Shown piece by piece: positions 18,324 through 28,600 of a stretch of 64,000 nucleotides of DNA. The DNA is taken from IMG/VR virus record IMGVR_UViG_3300032007_000002, one strand, 5' to 3'. The notes under the pieces were generated by a model, which was given only the letters and a program-made list of their open reading frames with translations, did no database searches and had not been told where the DNA came from. Each line of letters starts with the position of its first letter. The first letter of the stretch is position 1. A program made the translations under genes and the position numbers. The DNA comes from a virus (taxonomy: Duplodnaviria; Heunggongvirae; Uroviricota; Caudoviricetes).

Positions 18324-18953
18324 TTACTTCTTGGTGAACTCTGCCTTCGCTTCCTTGATGTGGGACATAATCTTGTCGATATTGTCCTTTTTCTTGCCGT
18401 CGGCACCTGCGCCGAGACGGGTTTTCACGAACTTGCCGAGGAGGTCCCAGCGTCTCGGGTCGGAAAGGGTGCCCTTCATGAACTTCTTGTTGTCCTTGGC
18501 GTCACTTTCCATGCCTGATGCCGCGCTCTTGGCCTTGCTGTCGAAAGCCGGCTTCTGGGGAGGGGTAGTGGTAACGCACTCGACCTGGACGCCCTTGGCG
18601 GCCTTCACTTCCGGGTCAGTCGTAGTGAGGGACTGGGTCACGACCTTGGTTCCGCCTGGACCGGCGGTCTTCTTCAAGTCAACAGTCTCGTTTTCAGTCT
18701 GCTGCTTGACGTCCTTTTCGGGCGCGGTCTTGGCCTTGCCGACCTTGGAATTCTTGGAGAGCACGAGCGACTTACCGCCGCTGCACCACTTGTTGGTATC
18801 AAAGACTTCACCGTTGAACATCTTGATGCCTTCGCACATAGGCTTCGGGTTGTCAGTCTCGTTGAACGGTTTGTCGATGATCGGCTGACTGCAGATGCCT
18901 TCGAGGATGGCCTGCACCTTTTCGTCGCCATAAATATCGAATGCCTGTGACAT
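18324..18953 (-). CDS. Lys-rich hypothetical late protein
   Basis: GGAG RBS before MSQAF; TCTAAACT at 18986-18993. Confidence 0.75.
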   Translation of the reverse strand: MSQAFDIYGDEKVQAILEGICSQPIIDKPFNETDNPKPMCEGIKMFNGEVFDTNKWCSGGKSLVLSKNSKVGKAKTAPEKDVKQQTENETVDLKKTAGPGGTKVVTQSLTTTDPEVKAAKGVQVECVTTTPPQKPAFDSKAKSAASGMESDAKDNKKFMKGTLSDPRRWDLLGKFVKTRLGAGADGKKKDNIDKIMSHIKEAKAEFTKK

Positions 18954-19014
18954 TGGGTAAACTCCGGTGATTGGACTTTTTACTAAGTTTAGAAGATGTC
19001 CCCGTTTTTGCCCG

Positions 19015-19230
19015 TCAGGCAAAACGGCTGAACCCGATGTTCGAGCAGAGGACTGCAACGGACAGTTTCTTGGGTCCCTTCTTGCGGATGCGCAGCCTCT
19101 TTCGGACCGGCTTCACGGGTTTCTGGGCAGGAGCCTGAGCGGCCACAGCCGGAACTTCCGGCGTGATTACCTTCTCCGGTTCGCTGTTTCCGGTGATTTC
19201 TTGTTCTGTGGTCTGTTTCTTTCGTGCCAT
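19015..19230 (-). CDS. Small basic protein (MARKKQTTEQ...)
   Basis: TATAAACT 7 nt upstream of the ATG; K/R-rich C-terminal half. Confidence 0.65.
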   Translation of the reverse strand: MARKKQTTEQEITGNSEPEKVITPEVPAVAAQAPAQKPVKPVRKRLRIRKKGPKKLSVAVLCSNIGFSRFA

Positions 19231-19236
19231 ACTTGT

Positions 19237-19269
19237 CAGTTTATAGCAAAACCGGGAACCTATAAACTG
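19237..19269. promoter_or_regulatory. Divergent TATAAACTG promoter pair
   Basis: CAGTTTATAG...CTATAAACTG inverted repeat between divergent genes. Confidence 0.8.
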
Positions 19270-19293
19270 TATTCGAACAATTCCGGCGGCACA

Positions 19294-19941
19294 ATGAACA
19301 CTACCGAGTCCCAAATCCAGCTTTCACCCTCCGAACTCTACCATCCGGGCGTTTCCCCGGCAATCCAGGACCTGTCCCGCAAATCGGGCATGCCCGAGAC
19401 GGAAGTCGCATCAATCTACGCCCAGACCGAGCGTGACGAAAAGAACGACGCCGCGGAAAACCCGGACAAGATCGTCATGGACGTCTACGGGAACTGCCGC
19501 TTCGGCGACAAGGTGTGGAGCGAGACCAGGAAGAAGGTGCTGACCCCGGAAGAAACCGAAAGCGACTCGGAAAAGGAACTCGAAGATACGCTTGCCGACA
19601 TGAGCACCATGTTCTCTCCCGAAGAAGAACAGAAATCCCCCGGGGGCGCGGGTGAAATCGAAGACGCGTTTGCCGCCAGTCTCGCACCAAGCATCGACAA
19701 CAACTCGCTCGGGTTTTCCGACGAGGACATGGCCCTCACGAACTCCGTCGCCGACGCGGCAGCTGCCGACTACGACCTCCCGGACGACACCGAACCGTTC
19801 GGGACCGACACTTTCACTGACATCGACCCCAATGTCACGCCGGACAACGTGAACTCCGCACCGGACGGCACCCCGGCCCCGACCGGCGGAGAAAAAACTC
19901 CATTGGAAGAAACCAAGGAAGAAGAGACAGTCCCGGCCTAG
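19294..19941 (+). CDS. Acidic hypothetical late protein
   Basis: Start MNTTESQ downstream of the promoter; ends at a bidirectional terminator. Confidence 0.75.
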   Translation: MNTTESQIQLSPSELYHPGVSPAIQDLSRKSGMPETEVASIYAQTERDEKNDAAENPDKIVMDVYGNCRFGDKVWSETRKKVLTPEETESDSEKELEDTLADMSTMFSPEEEQKSPGGAGEIEDAFAASLAPSIDNNSLGFSDEDMALTNSVADAAAADYDLPDDTEPFGTDTFTDIDPNVTPDNVNSAPDGTPAPTGGEKTPLEETKEEETVPA

Positions 19942-19956
19942 AACGCCATGAAATTC

Positions 19957-19989
19957 AAAAGGCCTCCCGTTCGGGAGGCCTTTCTGTTT
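19957..19989. terminator. Bidirectional intrinsic terminator
   Basis: AAAAGGCCTCCC-GTTC-GGGAGGCCTTTCTGTTT between convergent genes. Confidence 0.85.
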
Positions 19990-20002
19990 TGTCCAATCGA
20001 AA

Positions 20003-21148
20003 TTACGACTTGGAATAGGTGCACTTCCTGGACATGAGCCCCGTGTTGAAGAACGCGAGGAACTTGCTTTCGCCGTCATCGGAAACGGACCACTCGACCT
20101 TGGCGCCGGAACTCATGATGATGGTTCGGAGGAAGATGTCATACGGCATCTTGAACACCTTGTTCGGCGCATGGACTTCGCACTCGCGGACAGTAAAGTT
20201 GTAGTCCACGCGGTCCGTCTTTGCGACCACCATGATCGTGTTGTCGTCGGAGGTATGGAGTTCGATTTCCTTCGCCGGAAGAATTTTCTTCATGTGTGCG
20301 ATGGAGAGAACCAGGCCCGAACCCGGGATGGTGGCAAACTTCGAGAGGCCGGCGTTGTTGAACGTCTGAACCTGCGTATCGAGGAACGGGAACGAGATGG
20401 AAAGGTCGTCGTCGCGAACCGCGATGCGCTTCGATGTGAAGTCGAGTTCCATCGTCACGACCATGTCAATCTTAATCTTCGCGAGCACGTTGAAGATGAC
20501 GGACGGAAGCCTGATGGAGAAATCCTTCGGTTTTTCGTCTTCGCTCGCAGCGGCATGCGCCTGGTTGTTGAAAACCGTAGCCATGCAGAAATGGTCGTCA
20601 CCGATGCGGAAGGAAATGACACCGTTCTTGCGGTGCATCTCGATATACGGGAATCCGTAAGTGCTGTCGCCGACCATGGCCATGTCGAGCTGGCCAACGA
20701 CGATGGTTTCGTCGAGGTCGAACTTCGGAATGTCAGGCACCTTGTCGGCAGGCTGCACTTCGAGGCCGCACTCGAAGTTGAACTCGTCGCTGTCCTTAGC
20801 AAGGAACCCGAAGACGAACAGCTTGCCGTCAACGAAGCTCATGCCGGCAAGGATTGCATCCTCATCGTCAACCATGTTGATGTCGCATGCCGCGCAGAAC
20901 TCGTTGGCATAAACGACCACGTCCTGCGGAAGCGGATCGGAACCCTTTGCCGCATTGGCCTTGGCAACTATGCCGTTACCGGTAGTGAACGTAGCTTCGA
21001 CGGAACCGTCATAGGACGGGCGGGTCGATATTCGGACACAGAGACCCGGGTCGTAGGAACAGCTTTCCTTGATAAGGCCAATGGCTTGACGGAAATTCCC
21101 TTCCTTGGTCGGGAACATGAGCATCTTTTCAATGTTTGTCTTCTGCAT
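20003..21148 (-). CDS. Divergent DnaN (beta-clamp)-like protein
   Basis: 381 aa with a three-fold alpha/beta pattern: DVVVYANEF, FSIRLPSVIFNVL and FKMPYDIFLRTI at equivalent positions. Confidence 0.55.
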   Translation of the reverse strand: MQKTNIEKMLMFPTKEGNFRQAIGLIKESCSYDPGLCVRISTRPSYDGSVEATFTTGNGIVAKANAAKGSDPLPQDVVVYANEFCAACDINMVDDEDAILAGMSFVDGKLFVFGFLAKDSDEFNFECGLEVQPADKVPDIPKFDLDETIVVGQLDMAMVGDSTYGFPYIEMHRKNGVISFRIGDDHFCMATVFNNQAHAAASEDEKPKDFSIRLPSVIFNVLAKIKIDMVVTMELDFTSKRIAVRDDDLSISFPFLDTQVQTFNNAGLSKFATIPGSGLVLSIAHMKKILPAKEIELHTSDDNTIMVVAKTDRVDYNFTVRECEVHAPNKVFKMPYDIFLRTIIMSSGAKVEWSVSDDGESKFLAFFNTGLMSRKCTYSKS

Positions 21149-21164
21149 ATTAAAACCTCTTGGC

Positions 21165-21208
21165 GAAAACTAGGTTTTCTCCAACAAAAACGGGGCCAGA
21201 CGGCCCCG
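21165..21208 (-). promoter_or_regulatory. Terminator hairpin (21191-21208) followed by a class 2 motif (21165-21179)
   Basis: CGGGGCC-4 nt-GGCCCCG with a T-tract on minus, then GAAAACCTAGTTTTC and a GAGG RBS. Confidence 0.75.
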
Positions 21209-21234
21209 CGGTAATGGTATATCCAGTATGTCGG

Positions 21235-22704
21235 CTAGACGACGTTCTGGAAAATCTGGTCATACCTGGACGTAGTGTCCTCGCTCTCGTCCGGCTGGAA
21301 CTGGTCCTGCGCAAGCGCGTTGTCTTCCGCGAGGGAGCCGAACACGCCAGAGTCGGTAGCTCCGGTAGCTCCGGCAGCAGGACCTTCCGGCGCGGGAGTA
21401 GCCACGCTGAACTCGTCGCCCGGCTTGACCGACGTTTCGTCATACGGGTCGTTCGGGAGCTGGAGTGCGGTCATCTCGGCATCCGGGTTGTGCATGCTTC
21501 CCTGGGAGTCGAACATGTCAGGAAGGATCTTGCCAAGCTGTTCCTTGAAGTGGTCCGGCGTGGTGTACTCGTCTTCGAGCGCAGTGAACACGGCTTCCCA
21601 CTTTTCTTTCGGGAGACGGACATCGGTTTCGCTTTCCGGGACCGGACGGCTCGGATCAGTCGTCATGTCGTTCTTGATAAACCCGAAGAGCTTACCGAAC
21701 GCGTTGATGATTTCCTGGTCCTTCATGTCCTTGATACCAGCGAACCCGTTGAGCTGCTTGTCCATGCCGAGGATAACCGGGGTTTCTTCGGCAGAGCTTG
21801 CGATGATTTCCGCCATGTGGTCGGTTGCGCCATTTTTCAGGATGGTGGCGTTTTCCGTCGCGAACTCGGTATAGGTCGGGTCGTTGGCCTGAACACCGCC
21901 GGCAGTCGGGTCGGTCATCTGTTCGTTGGCCTGCTCGGCATCGGAGACCACCTGGTTCGGGTCGTCGCCTTCCGGCTCGGCAGCAAAATCTTCCGGGCCA
22001 AAGCCATTCGGGCCAGCTTGCTGCTGTTGTTCCATGAGGATGCGGCGGGTTTCCCTCATGTCGCGACCAAGCTGCCACCCGACGGACTCGACCATGCGGG
22101 TTTCCGGGTTGAGCCCAGGTTCCACCGGCTTGTTTTCGGGCAACACCGAGTCGAGGTCGTTATAGAGAAGGTCGTCCATGTTGGCCGGCGCATCTTCCGC
22201 GGCGAAAGCGTCAATCGTTTCGAGGATGCGGTTGCCGAAGTTCTTGACGTAGTCCTCGCTCTCGATACCGAGTTCGAGCTTCTTGATTTCCCCGTTCTCG
22301 TTCGTCACGATGACGGAAATGTCGCCCTTGGTGTTCGGGTAGAGGATGTCAACGGTAAACATCTTTCCGCGACGCGAGACGCGAAGCAGGCAGCGGGACT
22401 TCTCTGCGTCGATACTTTCCAGGTTGAGACGGATGCCCTTGTTGGCCGTCTGCTCGGCGGCTTCCTGCATGATGTCCTTGACATTCTTGCGGGTCTTGTT
22501 GTCGAAGAACGGATTGCGCTCGCTGTAAATTCGGCGGTCCCATTCCTCGGAAATCTGGTTGCCAATCGGTTCCATGACGCCCTTGGTCATGGCCTTGATG
22601 AGCTTGTCCTTCGCAGGCACAATCGGTCCGCTCTCGGTTGAGACGACCTTAAAGCCCTTCAACTTCGTAATCAGTTCACTTTTGTCGTATTGCGTCACGG
22701 CCAT
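21235..22704 (-). CDS. Acidic hypothetical late protein, possibly head-associated
   Basis: Long ORF with typical codon usage; TATAAACT at 22732-22739; alternative start at 22731. Confidence 0.8.
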   Translation of the reverse strand: MAVTQYDKSELITKLKGFKVVSTESGPIVPAKDKLIKAMTKGVMEPIGNQISEEWDRRIYSERNPFFDNKTRKNVKDIMQEAAEQTANKGIRLNLESIDAEKSRCLLRVSRRGKMFTVDILYPNTKGDISVIVTNENGEIKKLELGIESEDYVKNFGNRILETIDAFAAEDAPANMDDLLYNDLDSVLPENKPVEPGLNPETRMVESVGWQLGRDMRETRRILMEQQQQAGPNGFGPEDFAAEPEGDDPNQVVSDAEQANEQMTDPTAGGVQANDPTYTEFATENATILKNGATDHMAEIIASSAEETPVILGMDKQLNGFAGIKDMKDQEIINAFGKLFGFIKNDMTTDPSRPVPESETDVRLPKEKWEAVFTALEDEYTTPDHFKEQLGKILPDMFDSQGSMHNPDAEMTALQLPNDPYDETSVKPGDEFSVATPAPEGPAAGATGATDSGVFGSLAEDNALAQDQFQPDESEDTTSRYDQIFQNVV

Positions 22705-22768
22705 GGTAAATATCCAGTGCGGTTTCCCCATAGTTTATAAAAATGCCCCGGCTCCGCGCCGGGGTTCT

Positions 22769-23731
22769 TTATTCGCTTTCCTTCTCGGTGGAATCCACTC
22801 CGCCGAGGTGGACAAGATGGTCATAGTTGCCGTCGCCCTCGTCAACCACCGGAGGGGCGGCTTCCGCACCGCCTCCGCTGAACGCGTCCAGGTTCTCGGT
22901 GGGGTCGTCCCTGCGCATTTTCTCGGCATGCAACGCATAGGCCTCGGCCATCTCGTCAAGGTCGATGTCGAAGAGGTCGGTCGGGAGCCATTCACCCTCG
23001 AAGATGCGCTTCGCGTGGTTGAACCGGTCGATGTCGTTCGCTGTCCACACCTTGAAGGTATGGCCGAACATGTTGGTATGGTAGCCAAGCGGCATGATTT
23101 CCGGGATGCCGCCAACGAGGAGAACTTCCTTGCCGACGAACTGGAACGAGTTGTCCCCCCGGACATACCTGATTGCCGCAGAAACGCTGCAATCGACGGC
23201 ATAGACACCGTATAGGTGGCCACCGGTGACATAGAGGTTCCCGTGGTAGAAATCTTCCCACTGGTCAAGGAACATCAACACCTGCTCAGAATTGATCTGC
23301 CCGTCGGTGACTATGCCGTTCCCGGTATAGTAGTCCTTCGCGTAGGTCATGATGTCCGTCCCGTCGGGAACGATACCCAGCGAGGATGCGACCCTGGACT
23401 TGCCGTTGAACAGGCGGGTGACCATGAGTTCCCCATCGGAGCCGAGCGCGGCGTGCGCGTAGTCGGACCCGTCAAAGGACGGCAACGAGGATAGGATGAA
23501 GATGGTCCCGGCGTCCACATAAACAATCAGCTGTTCGGCATGGATGTAGCCGAGCGTACCTGACGCTATGTAGAACTTTATCGGGGTGTACCAGAGGTTG
23601 CGGTCCGCACGGATTGCTGCGCACCGGTCCATGAACTCCAACGACAGGTCATGCCCGTCAAAGTCGCTCATGAATACGTTGAACGTGCTGTCGACCGTGG
23701 TGAGGCCGATCCTCTGGGACGGCAACTGCAT
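22769..23731 (-). CDS. Hypothetical protein, 320 aa
   Basis: Operonic ORF; followed by a hairpin at 22746-22764. Confidence 0.75.
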   Translation of the reverse strand: MQLPSQRIGLTTVDSTFNVFMSDFDGHDLSLEFMDRCAAIRADRNLWYTPIKFYIASGTLGYIHAEQLIVYVDAGTIFILSSLPSFDGSDYAHAALGSDGELMVTRLFNGKSRVASSLGIVPDGTDIMTYAKDYYTGNGIVTDGQINSEQVLMFLDQWEDFYHGNLYVTGGHLYGVYAVDCSVSAAIRYVRGDNSFQFVGKEVLLVGGIPEIMPLGYHTNMFGHTFKVWTANDIDRFNHAKRIFEGEWLPTDLFDIDLDEMAEAYALHAEKMRRDDPTENLDAFSGGGAEAAPPVVDEGDGNYDHLVHLGGVDSTEKESE

Positions 23732-23733
23732 CC

Positions 23734-24129
23734 TTACTTACCTTCCGGCTGAGCGTCGGCAGTTTCGCCTTCCGGCTTCGGGAAAATCGGGCGAAGCAAG
23801 GCGAGGGCGTCACGGATTTCGCGAGACGATTCGGAACCGCCGTTGGTCTCCTTGATGATTTCGTCGAGATACTTGACGAAATCACGGACACCTTCGAGAG
23901 TCGGGCCAAGCATGTCCGCGGTGTATTCGCGGGTATACTCGGTATTGTTCGGCTTGGCGATACCGTCAACGATTTCCACGGTATAGCCGGCTGCCCTTTC
24001 CTCGTCGTTAAGGACGAGCTGGTCGATAAGCGCATCGACCGTGAGACGGACGGTGATCGTGCATGGGATGCGGCCGATGAACCTGATGAGTTTGTACCGC
24101 TGTTCGAGTGTTAGTTTGACTGAGTTCAT
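23734..24129 (-). CDS. Hypothetical protein, 131 aa
   Basis: Preceded by the class 2 motif at 24151-24165. Confidence 0.75.
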   Translation of the reverse strand: MNSVKLTLEQRYKLIRFIGRIPCTITVRLTVDALIDQLVLNDEERAAGYTVEIVDGIAKPNNTEYTREYTADMLGPTLEGVRDFVKYLDEIIKETNGGSESSREIRDALALLRPIFPKPEGETADAQPEGK

Positions 24130-24155
24130 GACAATTTACCCTGTTTGGTTGAAAA

Positions 24156-25106
24156 CTAGGTTTTCTCGTGGAGCTGGCGAAGGTAGTCGTATGCCGCCCG
24201 CTCGGCATCCGACTTGCACGGGGCGAGCCGGAACTTGACGCGTATCTTCAACCCGTCGGCAGTCACCGTCTCGACGACCGTGTCCTGGCTGTTCGCCGGG
24301 ATGCAAATTCTGACCGTCTCGTCGCCGCACTGGACAGCCACCCACTTGCCGAGAACGAGATCCTCGGGGAAGATTTCCGGCCCATCCACGACAAGCACGC
24401 CATCCGCGATGGAACAGTTCTCGGGAAGCTCCGGGTTGAAGGTCACGATGAGATTGCCGTTACATCCACCAAAGTGGCCGGCGTTGCCCTTCCCGGTCAT
24501 GCGGGTCTCCATCATGCCCGGCCTGTAAATCAGGTTCTGGGTAATCTGGCGACGGTTCTCGCCGTTATTGCAATACGGGCACTTCTCGATGATGTTGATG
24601 CCGGTCCCGTTGCACTTGTTGCACTTCCTGAACCGGTGGGTAGTCGGGTCGCGATACCTGCCGTTACCGCCGCACTGGCTGCACTTTGCCGCCTTGGCAG
24701 CTCCGGTACCGTCACATTCGAGGCATGTGGAACGGCGCTCGAACTGCACGGGCATCATGGGGCACCCGTGCATGAACACGGAAAACGGGATATTCACTGT
24801 GAGATGGATGTCGGAACCGTTGACCGCGGTCCTGGATTCGGGCTTCTTGCCGAAATTCCTCGCAACGGTCGGCGTGCCGAGAACGGATGCGTAGAGTTCG
24901 AATTCCGCCAGGTAGGAGTGCTTCTTGTCATACTCCTTACGCTTCTCGGGAGTCCCAATCTGCGCATAGGCCTCGTTGAGTTCAGCCATGCGCTGCTCGG
25001 ACCCACCCTTGTCCGGGTGGGCTTCCTTGCATAGGCGCCGGTAGGCCTTCTTGATGTCTTCGTCGGAGTCGGAGAGCTTTACGCCGAGAATGGTATATGG
25101 ATTCAT
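24156..25106 (-). CDS. dnaJ: DnaJ-like co-chaperone
   Basis: J-domain NPYTILGV...HPDKGG; CxxCxGxG zinc-finger repeats; GNLIV C-terminal domain. Confidence 0.93.
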   Translation of the reverse strand: MNPYTILGVKLSDSDEDIKKAYRRLCKEAHPDKGGSEQRMAELNEAYAQIGTPEKRKEYDKKHSYLAEFELYASVLGTPTVARNFGKKPESRTAVNGSDIHLTVNIPFSVFMHGCPMMPVQFERRSTCLECDGTGAAKAAKCSQCGGNGRYRDPTTHRFRKCNKCNGTGINIIEKCPYCNNGENRRQITQNLIYRPGMMETRMTGKGNAGHFGGCNGNLIVTFNPELPENCSIADGVLVVDGPEIFPEDLVLGKWVAVQCGDETVRICIPANSQDTVVETVTADGLKIRVKFRLAPCKSDAERAAYDYLRQLHEKT

Positions 25107-25133
25107 GTCTAGCCCGCTTGATACGGGCGTAAA

Positions 25134-25658
25134 CTAGGTTTTCTTCCGAAAATCCATGTAGTCGATACCGGTGGCACGGCGGAACGCACCGAGCGTAGCC
25201 TCACATGCTGCAGCGAGGCTGCTTATTGCGCTACCGTTCGGGTCGGCATCAAGGCCGTCGGCACCCTGGTAGAAGGGTTCCCGGAAGCTGGACGGATCCG
25301 CGCGGAGACGGTCAAAGAGCTTCTTGATTTCCGCAGCGGCGTTCGAGTTCGGATGGTCCTTGGCAAGGCTGTCAACGGTATTGCTCACGATGACCAGCCC
25401 AGCCGGAGTGTTGCGGTCATCGACCGCATCGCCCATCGGCGCACCGGCGGCATCGGCCTGCGCGGCAACCATGTTGGCTGCGGCTGCCACGCCAGCATCG
25501 GAAAAATTGGACGTGCAGGTAAAATCCTTCACGGAATAGTACGGAACAGTAGAGCGTTCGCCCGGGGTGCTGGAATACGCATCCCATGGCGTGGCGCACT
25601 TCTTCGTCTTGGTACCCTTCTTCTTCTCGGGTTCACCTGCAGTTACAAGCTGGGTCAT
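25134..25658 (-). CDS. Hypothetical protein
   Basis: GGAGG RBS before MTQLV; follows the giant ORF. Confidence 0.7.
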   Translation of the reverse strand: MTQLVTAGEPEKKKGTKTKKCATPWDAYSSTPGERSTVPYYSVKDFTCTSNFSDAGVAAAANMVAAQADAAGAPMGDAVDDRNTPAGLVIVSNTVDSLAKDHPNSNAAAEIKKLFDRLRADPSSFREPFYQGADGLDADPNGSAISSLAAACEATLGAFRRATGIDYMDFRKKT

Positions 25659-25659
25659 G

Positions 25660-28600
25660 TTACTTTGCCTCCTTGCCGCCCTGGGTCTGGACAAACTTAC
25701 GGGCTTCGTTATACAACTGGGTTGACTTGCGTTCCGGATTCTCAGCTTCCGCGTTCGGGTCGTTGGCAGCCAGGAGTTCCTTGTACTTGGCAGCCTGCTT
25801 GTCCATCAGCTCGCGGTGCTTCGCGGCGACCTTCTTGTTGAAGTCAGCCTGACCGGATGCAGCAGTTTTTGCCTTGCTGACATCAGCTTTAGACTGAGCT
25901 TCCGCCTGACGTTCGGCCTCCGCCATCAACTGTTCGTCAAGCGCCGGGTCAATCGGACGATGATCCTTGAACTTTGACGGGTCAGCCTTTTCGGCATTGG
26001 CGAGCAGACGCTGATACACCATGTTTTCGTAGCGGTTCTTTGCCTGGGTTACCGGGGAAACCGGTTTGCCGGGTGCTTTCGGCTTAGCCGGGGCAGGTTC
26101 TTCTGCGGCCGGCGTCCACTTTGCCCCACACGAAGTGAGTGCAGACACGGTTGCCGTCTTGGCATCCTTGCCGGCTTCCACTGCCTGTGCAGTCTTGCGC
26201 ATGGCCTTGTCGAACACAGTCGAGCCGATTGATGTTTTGAACCCATCCACAGTAACTACGTAGCCATCGCCGCGCTTGTCGCTAGTGTCGTTTTTAATAT
26301 CGACACCCTGCTTAAACAGATACGCAATTACTTCCTGCGTAGCCTCGTCTTCGCGAACTTCATTCATGCTAAGGAAGTCACGAACGTTGGTATTCGGGGT
26401 AAACCCGCCACTCGTATCCTTGTCCGACAGGTCAGGCTTAATGTCAGACGGCTTCACGCCAGCATATTCGCTGCACAGATTACGCAGACGCTCGATAAAC
26501 TCCTGGCGAGTCTTCGGCTTGCCGAGAGACAATGCCTTGCTACGAACTTCCATAATCGGCGGGAAGAGCTTCACGGCTTCAGCAATCTGCTTCTTACGGA
26601 ATTCGGCAAGGTCATCCTGGCTCATTCCCTTCGGCGGCAATTTGCAGAGAAGATCGATGGCCTTATCAACGTCAGTAATGTCAAACTCCTTGCCCGGGCG
26701 GTCAATCAGCTTGACACATTCGTCAGCAACCTGATCCTTCTGCCGTTCTACGTCAGCAGCATCGGCACTGTCCTTCATACGCAAGAAATCAGGAATCGCA
26801 TTCGAAGAAATCATGCGCTGAATGACCATCGAAACAGCCGGGAACTGTGACTTCATTTGGTGACGGGACTTGTCAGAATAGAAATATTCGTCGAACACTT
26901 CCCGGAAGTCGTCTCCCGTGACAGTACCGGGCAGCTCTTTCAGCAATTTGCCGATAGTGCCGTCGGTCCCTTCTGCCCGGTGAACCTTTTCTGCGAGTTT
27001 ATTCTCCTCTGCCCTACCGCGAGCGGCATAGAATTGTTCAAGAATCTTATCAATATCGGACGCAGCATCGTTACGGTCGATAAGGTCAAACGACTCCAAC
27101 TCCTTGAATACATCCGCAATGTCTTTGCGGGTATGCGAAATCTCGTCTCGTTCGCCGACTTCGGTAAAATACCTGTGGGCCAGATGACGCACTTCATCCT
27201 CACCGAGTTCCGGCGGGAGCTTACTGAGGACCTCGAAAATCTTTTGTGCACGGCTGGCGGTGAACAGATTGTTCGGGTCGTTTTCGTTACGATACTTGCC
27301 ATCGGACTTAATTTTGGAATTCGCATACATACGAGACGGCGAAGTAGCCATTTCATACGACAGAGCATAACGTTCAACGTCGCCATTCAACGCAAAGACA
27401 AAGTCCGCCAGCGGCATAGACCCATCCGCAATCTTGGGCAACAGTTCAGAACTCAGTTCATTCTTGATATCGTCATCGGATTTGGTGCGGCGAGCACGAA
27501 CGGTGGTATCGAACTTGTTCTTTGCATCAGGCGTATAGCCAGTGTCCACGGACAGCTTAATCAGTTTTTGTGCAATGGAGACGCGAACGTCCTCAATGAA
27601 CTTGTTAAGCTCCGCATCAGACGGCGACGTCACAGAAGAGAAGTCACCCTCAATCCCGCATGCCTTGGCAATGTCATCAAACGTCATGCCACCAGGCACG
27701 TCAGTTGCCTTGCCATCCGGCCCATAATGGACCTGCACCTTTCGGGTCTTTGTGTTATAGTCACCGCGGGTACGGAAATCGGAATCCGGGTCGGGGGACG
27801 AGACCGACAAATTTTTCGAATACACACCGACCGGGACACCCTTCATAAGTGCAGCAATGTCCGCCTTTGTGGAATGATACTGTTTGTCGTTCTTCCGTTC
27901 ATCGTCGAAAATGTCGTTCACGATTAAGTTCATGATGCCATTTCCGGCAAGACCGGTAAACGCCTTGACCGGGTTCTGGTTCAATGCAGGACGCAGCATC
28001 TTACCAATGGTATTCTTCATGTTGACGGCATCATCTTCGGCAGCGTTCTCGTCGCCGTTGACATACCCAAGTATCTGTGCAAGGTGGGCAGCCAGCTTAC
28101 GCATCTTCGTGTCCGAATTGATGCGGCGCATCATTGCCACGTTGTACAGACGCATGCTGTCATGCGTTCCCGCCGATGTCGGATAAGCCTTCCTTGATGA
28201 GTCATCGACACGCTTGTAAGGGTTATTTTCCTTCGGGGAGACAACCAAACGAGCGAATGAATCAACAATATCATCCGTATCACCCATCGGTTCGGCTGCA
28301 ACAATTTCTGACGGCTTGAACCCATCCGGTGCGGCAACCATGTGCTTGTACTTGCGGCCATCAAATCCGGTAGCCTTTTCTTGAAGGAGACCCTCATCCG
28401 GTGCCGCAACTTTCTTATACATCGCATCAAGACCCGCAATAACCTTACTGGCAACGACAAGAACATCTTCCTTCTGGACAGACCCGCGTTCTTTGATGAC
28501 CTTAGTCAGCAACGCGTCACCTTCCAAAAGAACCTCGTTCAACTTCGCCGCGGCACCAAACTTGAGCGAACGGCTGATGTCGTCGATTTCGGCAGATGCG

